Notes: a model not told the origin generated them from the letters alone. A stretch of 64,000 bases of DNA from a virus (IMGVR_UViG_3300023048_000002:96001-160000), one strand, 5' to 3'. Positions 9,642-18,950 are shown, numbered from the stretch's first letter. Numbers and translations are program-made.

Positions 9642-10498
9642 CACTTAATCTGCCAATAAGCATGTAGACGTTCAATAATTCTCTGTGATACTTGATCAGG
9701 AAATAATTCATCCTGTGTATTATCATGAGTCACATATGGGTTGTTCTGGTCCCACATCTTGTACGTATTTCTAATCCATTTACCAGTTGTATGGTGAAGT
9801 GTGATTAAATTTTCTTTTTTGACATGGGAAATATCGCTGGTGTCAGCTTTAATCAAGTCCTTAAAGATTTCATCTTCTGACAAAAATTCTGAATCTTTAT
9901 CATTTGAATCTTCGGTGATTACCTTCTCTTCTTCAAAGATAGGATCGCTAGGTATTCTTATTACCTTTCTACCAAACGCAGCAATATCATGCACTGTATG
10001 CGTATGTGGCTTATCAAGGCCACAATGAGGACATGCAAATGTTCCCCCAACTTCTACAATGAAATCCTTACTATATGATCTTTTTTCTTTAAGAGGAACA
10101 TCAGTATAAGGATTGATTGGATAATTTGGAAACTTGTATGCAGGCTCAGGTGTCTTGTCATAAGCAACATACGTAAACAATCGGTCATCCTGTGCAGGCT
10201 TGTTCATTATAATATGATAAGCCATCATAGTATTTGCTATTGCATGAGCTAGGTGATGCTGGCCTGAATCTTCAGCAAATTCTTCACCAGCCTTGAATGC
10301 ATTGATATGACGCTCAAGGGCATCAAGCACACGAGAAATTTCTAGGTTTACCCAATTATTTGCTGAATACTTCTTGGCACCTGAAGTCATTACCTCAGCT
10401 ACAGCACGCAATGAGTCTGGTGGAAGCAAACCATACTGTGGCTTGTCACCATCCATCTTTGTACCACCATTCTTTCCAACTACTTTTACTTCTACCAT
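9638..10498 (-). CDS. dATP/dGTP diphosphohydrolase (DUF5664) fused to CPHC/H-H motif and DUF6794-like domain
   Basis: GAKKYSANNW...ALERH...DSGQHHLAHA; C-terminal HHTTGKWIRNTYKMW...PDQVSQRII. Confidence 0.75.
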   Translation of the reverse strand: MVEVKVVGKNGGTKMDGDKPQYGLLPPDSLRAVAEVMTSGAKKYSANNWVNLEISRVLDALERHINAFKAGEEFAEDSGQHHLAHAIANTMMAYHIIMNKPAQDDRLFTYVAYDKTPEPAYKFPNYPINPYTDVPLKEKRSYSKDFIVEVGGTFACPHCGLDKPHTHTVHDIAAFGRKVIRIPSDPIFEEEKVITEDSNDKDSEFLSEDEIFKDLIKADTSDISHVKKENLITLHHTTGKWIRNTYKMWDQNNPYVTHDNTQDELFPDQVSQRIIERLHAYWQIKC

Positions 10499-10499
10499 A

Positions 10500-11342
10500 T
10501 TAAATTAACCCTTCATCTTTGTGCTTAGTATACAATGTTTCTACGTAATCTGAAACACCTTTAATGACCTTTTCAGGATCACATGCATACCATCCAGCAC
10601 AATTAAATGAATTCAATTCAACAATTCTTACTGAACCATCACCCATCTTGGCAATATCACAAGTATAGACTTCCGTTGGACTTCTATGGCTCTTGACGAC
10701 CTTCTCTGCAAGATTGAATGCCTCTATAGTGTAGAAATGGCGTTCATTGTGATCGCCCATTAGACTGTACTGAGAGCCGTCTATGATCTTATCGCCAGCC
10801 ACAATGAATCTATATTCTTCTTTAATCTGCTTGCTTGAGGATACCATGATCAAGCTATTATCAACGACACCAGACAATTGTCTAAGTGCATTCGATTGAT
10901 ATAATAAATCATCAATTCCATGAATCGGTAAACCAGTGAATAGTTTACTTCCAGAATTTGGACGAATGAATAATTTATTGGTTTGAAATAAATCTTCGTA
11001 CTTACCAAAGTTAGTTTCAAAATCGTAGAAGGTGGTAATGATGAAATCACCGTTTACCCATAGATCATTTGATAATTGTAATTTGGAATGATAGTTGTGG
11101 AACTTCAATGCTTCCTCATCGAGGAATGATCCGAAGTAAGGCTTAAGGTGTTTGCCTAGGTTGATTGTACTATAGGGTATTACACAATCATTGAAGTCAT
11201 ATGGATATTGGATGTCTTCTTTTCTTGAAAAGGGAATGTACTGCATAAGAGTACATTCATATCCCATATCTTCAATAAGACTAACAAGTTCTATTTTACG
11301 AAACTCGTTAGACATACTGTTATCTACAATCCACTTAACCAT
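10500..11342 (-). CDS. ATP-grasp protein, R2K/DUF4343 type
   Basis: FIRP..GSKLFTG, EYRF, YTCDIA, IVELNSFNCAGWY. Confidence 0.8.
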   Translation of the reverse strand: MVKWIVDNSMSNEFRKIELVSLIEDMGYECTLMQYIPFSRKEDIQYPYDFNDCVIPYSTINLGKHLKPYFGSFLDEEALKFHNYHSKLQLSNDLWVNGDFIITTFYDFETNFGKYEDLFQTNKLFIRPNSGSKLFTGLPIHGIDDLLYQSNALRQLSGVVDNSLIMVSSSKQIKEEYRFIVAGDKIIDGSQYSLMGDHNERHFYTIEAFNLAEKVVKSHRSPTEVYTCDIAKMGDGSVRIVELNSFNCAGWYACDPEKVIKGVSDYVETLYTKHKDEGLI

Positions 11343-11781
11343 GAAAGAACTGCTTTGTTTCAAATGCATGCTGATGCCAGTCAACACCTAGAGCGTATAG
11401 CTTCTCTGTGATGTAGTCACGAAGATCACCATAGTCAAAGTTGTCATCCCATGCTACAGCTAACGCCTTATTGTTACCTACTTCAGTCATGACAATAACA
11501 TATGTGTATGGCTTATACTGTGAACCGGGTACAGCATTTAGTTTGATTAAGGATTTATCGATTTCATATGACTGGATATTCAAACCATCTAGTATCAAGT
11601 CTGCAATCCTAAATTCCAAATCCTCATATACTAATCTATTGATGCTGTCAATATCATCTTCAGTTAGAACTGAATATCCCACATAGGTTGGGGTTACACT
11701 GAGAGTTACCACTACAGCATTCACACTACCATTCTCGTAATCACCCAACACAATATCAAAGCTGCTCATCATTATCTCCAA
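11335..11781 (-). CDS. Hypothetical protein
   Basis: Co-oriented overlapping ORF. Confidence 0.55.
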   Translation of the reverse strand: MEIMMSSFDIVLGDYENGSVNAVVVTLSVTPTYVGYSVLTEDDIDSINRLVYEDLEFRIADLILDGLNIQSYEIDKSLIKLNAVPGSQYKPYTYVIVMTEVGNNKALAVAWDDNFDYGDLRDYITEKLYALGVDWHQHAFETKQFFHG

Positions 11782-12010
11782 GTATTTCGCGTTCTAATCT
11801 ATTGATCTGATAGCGTATGTCATTTAAATCTTTTAGTGTACTTATTTTATCATGGCACTCGTTATACTTCATATTATCCAACAATTGAATAATACGGCTC
11901 AATCTTTTTGCATGTTTGTTTAGTTTGGCTGCGGATTGTAAATGACTATAGCATTCATCAAAGGGCTTAAGTTCAGCCTCTGAATCATAATGTTCAATAT
12001 CATTTGTCAT
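11756..12010 (-). CDS. Hypothetical protein
   Basis: Co-oriented ORF. Confidence 0.55.
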   Translation of the reverse strand: MTNDIEHYDSEAELKPFDECYSHLQSAAKLNKHAKRLSRIIQLLDNMKYNECHDKISTLKDLNDIRYQINRLEREILGDNDEQL

Positions 12011-12073
12011 GGGGAGATGTCCTGTTTAATCGGATAATACACGATATAGGACATGATGTAAAGTTTAAGAAGA

Positions 12074-12149
12074 TGGTGGTGATGGTCGGACTTGAACCGA
12101 CATTATCGTCTTTATGAGAGACGCGCTCTACCAATTAAGCTACATCACC
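12074..12149 (-). tRNA. tRNA-Met/Ile2(CAT)
   Basis: CGTCT-CTCATAA-AGACG. Confidence 0.9.
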
Positions 12150-12193
12150 AAAGAACCCTTTATTTAACGACGCGGGTAAGTCACGTCATCATC

Positions 12194-12284
12194 TGGCGGA
12201 AGGTGAGGGATTCGAACCCACAAACCCCTTTCGGGGTCAAACACTTTAGCAAAGTGTGCTGTTCACCTATACAGTAGACCTTCC
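12194..12284 (-). tRNA. tRNA-Ser(GCT)
   Basis: ACACT-TTGCTAA-AGTGT; long V-arm; G73. Confidence 0.9.
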
Positions 12285-12295
12285 AATATAACTAT

Positions 12296-12757
12296 TTATT
12301 GCTTTGTTTTAAACTTTGCAAAGGCTTCACTTAACTTACCGGGAATGATGTCTTCCAACGTATACATGGTGACATTACCATCAGGCCATAGTGAAGTTTT
12401 TCCACTCTTTACTGATCCTCCTGCCTGCGTTCTAATCTTTTCGATTAAATCATTAAGACTTTTATTATTATCTTTACGAGTCTCAGTTTCTTTCTTAACT
12501 GCTTCGCGTTCTAGTTCTGGACCATCTTCTTCAGGAGTTAGATCATTAAGCTGCTTTAGCTTAGCTTTCAGCGTTTCAAGCTCTGCATTAAACTTAGCAA
12601 TGACTGCTTTCTTATTTTCAATCTGCCTATTAATATCCTGAACAGCTACGATTTTTTCATTTCTTAAAAGCTGCTTAAGCTGCGCGGCACGATTTTCTGC
12701 TTCGTTAATCTGAGAGATGATATTATCTATAGAAACAGTTCCACTAAATTCGTTCAT
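12296..12757 (-). CDS. Coiled-coil hypothetical protein
   Basis: Heptad-rich N-terminal half; AAGGA RBS. Confidence 0.6.
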   Translation of the reverse strand: MNEFSGTVSIDNIISQINEAENRAAQLKQLLRNEKIVAVQDINRQIENKKAVIAKFNAELETLKAKLKQLNDLTPEEDGPELEREAVKKETETRKDNNKSLNDLIEKIRTQAGGSVKSGKTSLWPDGNVTMYTLEDIIPGKLSEAFAKFKTKQ

Positions 12758-12775
12758 TTTTTATCCTTGATATTA

Positions 12776-12867
12776 TGGAGGAAGGCATCAGAATCGAACT
12801 GAAACCGGATTTTATCCCGGTCCAACGCATTTCCAGTGCGTGACCACTCCTAGTGATATTACCTTCC
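12776..12867 (-). tRNA. tRNA-Ser(GGA)
   Basis: ACGCA-CTGGAAA-TGCGT; long V-arm; atypical U73. Confidence 0.85.
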
Positions 12868-12880
12868 TTAATTAAAATAA

Positions 12881-13660
12881 TCAAGCCCTATTATTTATAG
12901 GGTTTGACTTGTCTTTCCACTGCTTTCTACGTTTGCAATTGTGCTTCCAAGACTTTTGCATTTTCCATCTGCCACAAAAAACATCATCCCAAGTGTTTGG
13001 GGTGTTTGCAATCTTCGCACGGAAGGTTGGTTCACTATCATCTTTGATTACAGCAGCCACCTTTCTGTGCAAGTAGTAAGTATGGATACGGCGATAGCGA
13101 CGATAGAACCTGAACTTATACTCAGTATAATCCTCTCTGTAACGAGGCTGGATGTTGGTAGATTCTACATGTGCGTAGATTTCCTTGATCTTATCTGGAT
13201 TACTAGACTTGACCACCAATGTAGCTCGGATCATTTCACGTAGTGCTTGTTCATGCTTATAAGAAGCAGTCCCGTACTTGTATACGTGAGTCTTTTTAAC
13301 CATCTCAGATACATCGACAATATCACCTAGGCTATCAGTGACGTAAAACCCCCACAGATAATCAGAAGTAGTATTGTCTCTATATTTTGGGACAGCAACA
13401 TTATCACCATGCTCATCCACCACAACATCAAAATAATATTCACGAATCGTAGTCTTGTTGATCTTGAAAAGTGAATTTGTATCTTTTGTTTTCTTGGTGG
13501 ACAATAGACTACTGAAACGGACGCCACTCTGTTTTAAAGAATACGCATTCATTTCTCTGTAGAGTTCTTCGATATCATCGAAAGTCCCAATAGCACAATC
13601 TATCATTTTATCGTAGACGGTGTATGTCTCTTTCTTAACTTCAGTTGTTACTAGTTTCAT
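12881..13660 (-). CDS. Hypothetical protein with basic C-terminal SWKHNCKRRKQWK tail
   Basis: ORF; AGGAG RBS inside a hairpin. Confidence 0.65.
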   Translation of the reverse strand: MKLVTTEVKKETYTVYDKMIDCAIGTFDDIEELYREMNAYSLKQSGVRFSSLLSTKKTKDTNSLFKINKTTIREYYFDVVVDEHGDNVAVPKYRDNTTSDYLWGFYVTDSLGDIVDVSEMVKKTHVYKYGTASYKHEQALREMIRATLVVKSSNPDKIKEIYAHVESTNIQPRYREDYTEYKFRFYRRYRRIHTYYLHRKVAAVIKDDSEPTFRAKIANTPNTWDDVFCGRWKMQKSWKHNCKRRKQWKDKSNPINNRA

Positions 13661-13683
13661 TACTCTCTCCTAAATGTGTAAAT

Positions 13684-13725
13684 TCACATTCGAAAGAGTA
13701 AGAACCTCATGATGCTGTATTTCAT
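13684..13725 (-). CDS. 13-aa leader peptide MKYSIMRFLLFRM
   Basis: AGGAGA RBS; overlaps hairpin that sequesters the next gene's RBS. Confidence 0.5.
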   Translation of the reverse strand: MKYSIMRFLLFRM

Positions 13726-13739
13726 TTAGTTATCTCCTA

Positions 13740-14039
13740 TTAACGTCTTACCCAATCATACCCACAGAAGTAGGTATTACCATAACGGTCTTCACAGTAC
13801 CTCTCAACACGAACCCACTCAGGAGAACGATAGTAAGATGGCTGATAAACAACATGTGGAACAACGACAACATTTGGACGATAGTAGCCACCACGATATC
13901 CACCATGATATCCATTACTATAACCGACACCACCATAACCATGATATCCACCACCGACCACAACAGTAACATGTCCTGCGATTGCTGAAGATGATACCAA
14001 GGTTAAAGCTGCGATTGCAAGAAATTTAAATAGTTTCAT
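13740..14039 (-). CDS. Secreted Gly/Tyr-rich small protein
   Basis: Signal peptide ending AIA; GGYHG repeats; TTGACT-17-TACACT promoter. Confidence 0.7.
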   Translation of the reverse strand: MKLFKFLAIAALTLVSSSAIAGHVTVVVGGGYHGYGGVGYSNGYHGGYRGGYYRPNVVVVPHVVYQPSYYRSPEWVRVERYCEDRYGNTYFCGYDWVRR

Positions 14040-14130
14040 AACTAGCCTTTAATTTTATTTAGTGTAAATGAAAAATCCCTAGAAGTCAACTTCTAGGGAT
14101 TTCTTATTCATAGAGTATTTACTCAAATTA

Positions 14131-14826
14131 TTAGAAGCTGTAGCTGACGCCAACAATTCCATAATTGGCTAGGGCTACATTTGAGTCAGCCTTTCCACCG
14201 AATGAGTACTTACCATAAGCCTTTAGCTTGCTGGTTACATCGAACGAAGCAAAGACTTCGCTGTTATTGTAACTATTCTGAGCAGTTTCCTTATAATGAT
14301 AACCACTGACAGCAGCGCCGACAGTTAGGGTTGTAGTTACTGGAACAGCAACACCGACCTTAGCATAGGTATTCTGGACTGGACCCCAACCCTGACCTAC
14401 TTCAGCGAATAGAACATCGTATGATGCCTTTACACGGAATTCTGAATATTCACCATCACGGAGCTTGCCGTTGCGAACAGTCTGGAATTCTGGTGCATTG
14501 TAAACATGATTTGCACTTACATCAAGCTTTAGCTTGTCAGTAACATCAAATGCATAACCAACACCAACATCACTGCGTAGCTGTGTATGTGCATTGACAG
14601 GAGCCGTATCGCCAGTCTTGTTGAAAGTACCAGCAACATATAGACCCTTTACGCCCACATCACTTACCTTTACACCGAAACCTACGGTCGGATCATTTGA
14701 ATATTCCTGACCACGATAATCATAACGGGAAGCCGCTGAAACATCAGCAGATACAGACTGTGCCTGAGCTACAGTACCAGTGACCGCTAGAACTACACCA
14801 CCGATTAGAGTTACGAACTTATTCAT
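14131..14826 (-). CDS. Outer-membrane beta-barrel (TorF/Gcw_chp-like porin)
   Basis: Signal peptide AQA; S.YDYRG; amphipathic strands; C-terminal VGVSYSF. Confidence 0.8.
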   Translation of the reverse strand: MNKFVTLIGGVVLAVTGTVAQAQSVSADVSAASRYDYRGQEYSNDPTVGFGVKVSDVGVKGLYVAGTFNKTGDTAPVNAHTQLRSDVGVGYAFDVTDKLKLDVSANHVYNAPEFQTVRNGKLRDGEYSEFRVKASYDVLFAEVGQGWGPVQNTYAKVGVAVPVTTTLTVGAAVSGYHYKETAQNSYNNSEVFASFDVTSKLKAYGKYSFGGKADSNVALANYGIVGVSYSF

Positions 14827-14853
14827 ATTTTTTCCTATTTAAGTTATTCATAT

Positions 14854-14882
14854 ATTATAGACTCGACAGTTTAATATGTCAA
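14854..14882 (-). promoter_or_regulatory. Consensus sigma70 promoter of porin gene
   Basis: TTGACA-17 nt-TATAAT. Confidence 0.85.
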
Positions 14883-14896
14883 GAGTTAAGTATTAG

Positions 14897-16045
14897 TTAA
14901 CCCTTGATTACATGTGGTACAAACTTGCTGGTATTCTTTGTTACAACTGTTGAGTCTTCACGAATGCCAACGCCACATGGTTCAGCACCAACAATCCAAG
15001 AACCAATCACTGCATAGTTATCACCGAACTTAGGCACTACACAGGTTTCCTGAATGATCATGGTTTCAGAACCATATACGCCTTCAGACGTATATTCACC
15101 ATCTTCGCTGTTTACCGTAACGTTATTACCTTCACGAGCAAGGATCGGCTTCTTAACATAATACTGAAGTGTTCCCTCAACATACTCATCACTAAAATAA
15201 GCAGGTAGAAGGTTCGGATGGTTCGGAAACAGCTTCCAGAGAATAGGAAGGATAGCCTTGTTTGAGAGAAGCATTTTCCATACTGGTTCAATCCATGTCT
15301 TCATGGAATCAAATGCATGTTCACCAAAATCTTCTTCAACCAGCCATTCCCATGGATAAAGCTTAAATAAAGCATTCATAGGACGATCATTCATATCAAG
15401 AAACTGCCCATCAGCATAGCCAATGTCATCAATCTTAATATATCCTGTGGGAAGTCCTGCACGCTCAGCTACCGACTTCAGGTAAAGTGTTGTGATCAAA
15501 TCTTCAACAGGTTCAGTGACACTGGTGAAATACAGACGAGTACCCAATGGTAGACGCGTCTGAATATATTCAAACTGTGATTCCATCGTCTCCTGAATTG
15601 AATTGTACTGGTCACGAGAATCACCAAAAACTTCTTCCTTCCAAAACCACTGGACAATGCTGGCTTCAAAAACTGATGTCGGTGTATCGGCATTGAATTC
15701 CAACATCTTGTAGTTACCATCCTTACCAATGGTAAAGTCATAGCGACCATAAAGGGTTGGATCATTGCGATACCAAGACTTCTTGATTTCTTCAGCAAGA
15801 GATGGAGCAATATTAACATAATGCCATAGGTCGTCATTTTCAACAATGTAGTCTACGGCCTTCTCACAAAGCTTGAATAGCTCACGAGTAGCATCATAGA
15901 TGGCATCAGTTTCACTTGTGGTGAATTCATAATAAGCATCTTCACGCCAATAGATACCATCAGCAGAATCATTGAAATATTCAAAACCAAGCTTACGGAC
16001 TTTATTCTGCCAATCATGGCGTGGATCAATAACAATGCGTTTCAT
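14897..16045 (-). CDS. Glutathionylspermidine synthase-family ATP-grasp (YgiC/YjfC-like)
   Basis: YGRYDF, LEFNADTPTS, FKLYPWEW, LSNKAIL, KKP...REG; start moved to 16045. Confidence 0.92.
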   Translation of the reverse strand: MKRIVIDPRHDWQNKVRKLGFEYFNDSADGIYWREDAYYEFTTSETDAIYDATRELFKLCEKAVDYIVENDDLWHYVNIAPSLAEEIKKSWYRNDPTLYGRYDFTIGKDGNYKMLEFNADTPTSVFEASIVQWFWKEEVFGDSRDQYNSIQETMESQFEYIQTRLPLGTRLYFTSVTEPVEDLITTLYLKSVAERAGLPTGYIKIDDIGYADGQFLDMNDRPMNALFKLYPWEWLVEEDFGEHAFDSMKTWIEPVWKMLLSNKAILPILWKLFPNHPNLLPAYFSDEYVEGTLQYYVKKPILAREGNNVTVNSEDGEYTSEGVYGSETMIIQETCVVPKFGDNYAVIGSWIVGAEPCGVGIREDSTVVTKNTSKFVPHVIKG

Positions 16046-16049
16046 TAGA

Positions 16050-16490
16050 TTAACCGCCAGCCGAGCCGAACGAGGCACGGGAAGCTGAGGAACCAAAGCC
16101 ACCACGCGAAACCGAAGATGAGGAATATGCAGAGCGTGAAACGCTTGCACGAGAAGCAACATAAGAACGCGAATTGTTGAAATTAACTGATGGTGCACGC
16201 GTGTTCATTACTGAACGTCCACCAGCCATTGGAACAGTGTTGTTATATGTTACACTGTTATCACGGTGCATGACAGCACCCCACGGATAATAGATTGGAC
16301 TATAGAAGAAACCTGATGTTCCGCGATAGCAATCATTAGGGTGGGAGAAGTAACGCTGGCATTCAGACAATGAACTGTACTGTGACTGTAGGGAACGCTG
16401 TGAATCGCGCTGTGCAGCACGGTCAAACTCATCAGAGCCACATGCCGTGAGAGTTAAAAGCATTGCTGCGAGTAGAGATTTGTTAAGCAT
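16050..16490 (-). CDS. Lipoprotein, DUF1190/YgiB-like
   Basis: Lipobox LTAC; C-terminal SRGGFG; canonical partner of YgiC. Confidence 0.8.
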   Translation of the reverse strand: MLNKSLLAAMLLTLTACGSDEFDRAAQRDSQRSLQSQYSSLSECQRYFSHPNDCYRGTSGFFYSPIYYPWGAVMHRDNSVTYNNTVPMAGGRSVMNTRAPSVNFNNSRSYVASRASVSRSAYSSSSVSRGGFGSSASRASFGSAGG

Positions 16491-16586
16491 GAGAATATCC
16501 TCAAAATTGTGTTCGTATTATATTACATACGCCTGAATTAATCCTGAATGGATTAAAATAAAGCCCTCACTAGGAGGGCTTTATTT

Positions 16587-17321
16587 TTAAGAGTTTTGAT
16601 CTTGATCTGGTCTTACTGAACTTCGATAATTTCTGGTTACTGCGGAGATATCCGCGTAAGCTGTTGCGGTACCTGCTGCATTCGCCATGAAGTTAGACGT
16701 GAAACCTTTGGTAATACCCAAGCTAGATGATACCTCAAATGAATCCTGATTTGCACCTAGATAAATGAACTTCCAACCCTTAGCTTCAGCCTTGGTGATA
16801 AGTTCCTTAACCTTGGCATTGTCAAATTCTCTTGAAGAGTTCTCACCACCATCAGTTAGAATAGCGATTACATTATTCTTCTTGTTCTTGGCTTCAAGTT
16901 CAACAAGGGTAGTGCCAATAGCATCATACAATGCAGTCATGCCGCGTGGAACATACTGGTCAGCAGTGATTTCCTTGACATCAGCTAGGGCTACTGAATT
17001 GAATAGTTCTTCATGCTTGTCATCGAAAATCTTAACAGTTACGAATGCATCACCTAGATCGGCAAGCTTCTTCTGTTCGTTGATGAAAGAATTGATACCA
17101 CCAATTGAATCCTTGATGATTGAATTCATTGAACCAGAGCGATCTAAGATAGCAGTGATATAAACTGCATTATCTGATAATAATTCATTCATCTTATCGT
17201 TAAAGCTTTTCGTAGCTTCATCAATAATTTTCTTCCTTTCATCAACTGAAAGGTGATCCGGTAATTCTAGGGTAAATACTTTATTACCATTAGGTAATGT
17301 TTCTACTTTAACTTCAGACAT
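16587..17321 (-). CDS. vWA domain protein with portal-like N-terminal segment
   Basis: MIDAS DRSGS, T(ALYDA), TDG.EN.S. Confidence 0.85.
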   Translation of the reverse strand: MSEVKVETLPNGNKVFTLELPDHLSVDERKKIIDEATKSFNDKMNELLSDNAVYITAILDRSGSMNSIIKDSIGGINSFINEQKKLADLGDAFVTVKIFDDKHEELFNSVALADVKEITADQYVPRGMTALYDAIGTTLVELEAKNKKNNVIAILTDGGENSSREFDNAKVKELITKAEAKGWKFIYLGANQDSFEVSSSLGITKGFTSNFMANAAGTATAYADISAVTRNYRSSVRPDQDQNS

Positions 17322-17382
17322 AAAAAAGACTCCATTAGGAGTCTGAATATATCATGTTTTAATAATATGTCAATTTTTTAAA

Positions 17383-17458
17383 TGGTGCCCTCAGACGGAA
17401 TTGCACCGCCGACCTTCTGATTACGAAACAGACATTCTACTGACTGAACTATAAGGGC
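17383..17458 (-). tRNA. tRNA-Thr(CGT)
   Basis: Loop TTCGTAA; atypical T-loop. Confidence 0.85.
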
Positions 17459-17459
17459 T

Positions 17460-17542
17460 TAATCGATTTGTACAAAATGTTTGATTTCTAATCGTTACTA
17501 TACAATCGTAATCGATTTTGCGCAAAATGTTTGATTTATAAT
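17460..17542. repeat. Two ~33-bp direct repeats with palindromic cores
   Basis: TAATCGATTT(T)G[TA/CG]CAAAATGTTTGATTT[C/A]TAAT at 17460 and 17509. Confidence 0.8.
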
Positions 17543-17545
17543 TAT

Positions 17546-18223
17546 TTAATAACTCTTGCCGTCCTGATAACGTTGGCGTCTTGAATGCCTTCCATTACCT
17601 TTGTTTTTATTTTTATATGTTGGTGTTAGAGTGTGGCAGTTGGGACATAACAATCTAATATTATTTATACTACTATCTTCATGATTACCATTAATATGGT
17701 CAACTTCCAAAGTTATTTTTTGGCTATGCCAATCAGATAACCCACAAAATGTATTTGAGCATTTGTATCCAAACAACAGGGAAAGCATTTTTCTTAATAG
17801 GCGATTAGATGCTGATGTTTTACCATCTATGAGCCATCCATCTATCTTAACCCACAAATGATGTTGATCATCACATTCACGCGAACAATATTTTTTAGCA
17901 ACGCTATGGTTTAGAGTTTTACAACAAAATAAGCATTTTCTTTTATTTCTTTTTAGATTATTGAAAATTGCAGCACATGAGTGACTACAAAATGTGTTTT
18001 CTTTATGATCAAATAAATTTTGACAATTTATACATGTCTTCTTCAACTTTTCAGTTAATGGAACAGCTATCCCAAAGTTGATCCAATTCTCATGCCTACC
18101 AAAAAGCTTTAAACATTTATTTTGATATGGTAATGCTGAATCTTTATTTAATTCTATCTTAGAAGGATATCTATTGTTCTCCAATATGAAATCATTCAAT
18201 TGTTTTATTTCTTTATCAAACAT
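17546..18223 (-). CDS. HNH homing endonuclease
   Basis: LEVDHINGN...NIRLLCPNCH; FCS/YCS zinc fingers; sits within tRNA-Thr cluster. Confidence 0.9.
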   Translation of the reverse strand: MFDKEIKQLNDFILENNRYPSKIELNKDSALPYQNKCLKLFGRHENWINFGIAVPLTEKLKKTCINCQNLFDHKENTFCSHSCAAIFNNLKRNKRKCLFCCKTLNHSVAKKYCSRECDDQHHLWVKIDGWLIDGKTSASNRLLRKMLSLLFGYKCSNTFCGLSDWHSQKITLEVDHINGNHEDSSINNIRLLCPNCHTLTPTYKNKNKGNGRHSRRQRYQDGKSY

Positions 18224-18274
18224 AAAAGGGTTTATCTATATCTTGATAATATAGATAAACCCTTTTTAAGTCAA
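18224..18274 (-). promoter_or_regulatory. 18-bp perfect inverted repeat abutting HNH start, overlapping sigma70 promoter
   Basis: Arms 18224-18241 and 18249-18266; TTGACT-17-TATTAT. Confidence 0.7.
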
Positions 18275-18280
18275 TAAACT

Positions 18281-18370
18281 TGGAGCCGCCCACAGGATTC
18301 GAACCTGCGATGTAGGTATTACCATTCTTGCTTACAAGGCAAGCCCTTTCGACCACTCAGGCAAGACGGC
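18281..18370 (-). tRNA. tRNA-Thr(TGT) with long variable arm
   Basis: CTTGC-CTTGTAA-GCAAG; 18-nt variable region. Confidence 0.8.
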
Positions 18371-18379
18371 TCATTAAAT

Positions 18380-18462
18380 TGGTGCTGGACACAGGATTCG
18401 AACCTGCAACGTGGAATACCTGATTACAAAACAGGTGCCTTCAACCATTCAGCCAATCCAGC
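18380..18462 (-). tRNA. tRNA-Thr(TGT) with enlarged variable loop
   Basis: Loop TTTGTAA; 11-nt variable region. Confidence 0.8.
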
Positions 18463-18575
18463 ATTCTTAAATACGAATGTATTTATAAACTTGTGATGAG
18501 ATTTTAATCTTATCATTTAATTTAGTATCGGTCAAGTGATCAATATCATCTTGACCATTCAAGAAGAAATCCTTA

Positions 18576-18950
18576 TTAACCCTTGGTGTCAAGATAGATT
18601 GCGCGTTTGACTTCAGGAGTTTCTTCGTGGGTTAGCTGGGTTAATTCTAATTTGATTGTTTTATCTGGATGTTCTGATGGAACCATAGTGACCAAGAGAG
18701 TATTAAACAATCCCGCTTCTTTACTTTCAAAATTTAGATCATACTTCTTACCATACTTTCTAAAGATAGGAAGCATAGCACGCATGAGATAGAGTGGAAG
18801 ATTCTTCTGTGGGAGAGCCTGTACATCTAGAACCTTCATTCCATCTGTTGGTGCAGCATTAGAAGAAACCAAGACAGCCTTAAACATAGGCTGTCTTGTA
18901 TCAATAGCTTCTTCTAGCTTTTCATTTAGGTTGAAAATTAAATCAAACAT
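18576..18950 (-). CDS. Hypothetical protein
   Basis: ORF; TAAATA upstream. Confidence 0.55.
   Translation of the reverse strand: MFDLIFNLNEKLEEAIDTRQPMFKAVLVSSNAAPTDGMKVLDVQALPQKNLPLYLMRAMLPIFRKYGKKYDLNFESKEAGLFNTLLVTMVPSEHPDKTIKLELTQLTHEETPEVKRAIYLDTKG

Noticed and set aside
9638-10498. 2-aminoadenine (Z) genome system
   Set aside because: No purZ or datZ in the window; DUF5664 alone is insufficient.
16046-16198. N-terminal extensions in the ORF track (Gsp synthase; also gp22, ACP fusion, MazG, Pth2)
   Set aside because: They overlap upstream genes or lack an RBS; downstream ATGs have an RBS, promoter or ATGA coupling.
18281-18370. tRNA-Tyr call suggested by V-arm and GTA
   Set aside because: The perfect 5-bp stem centres TGT, and the acceptor pairs are Thr-like.
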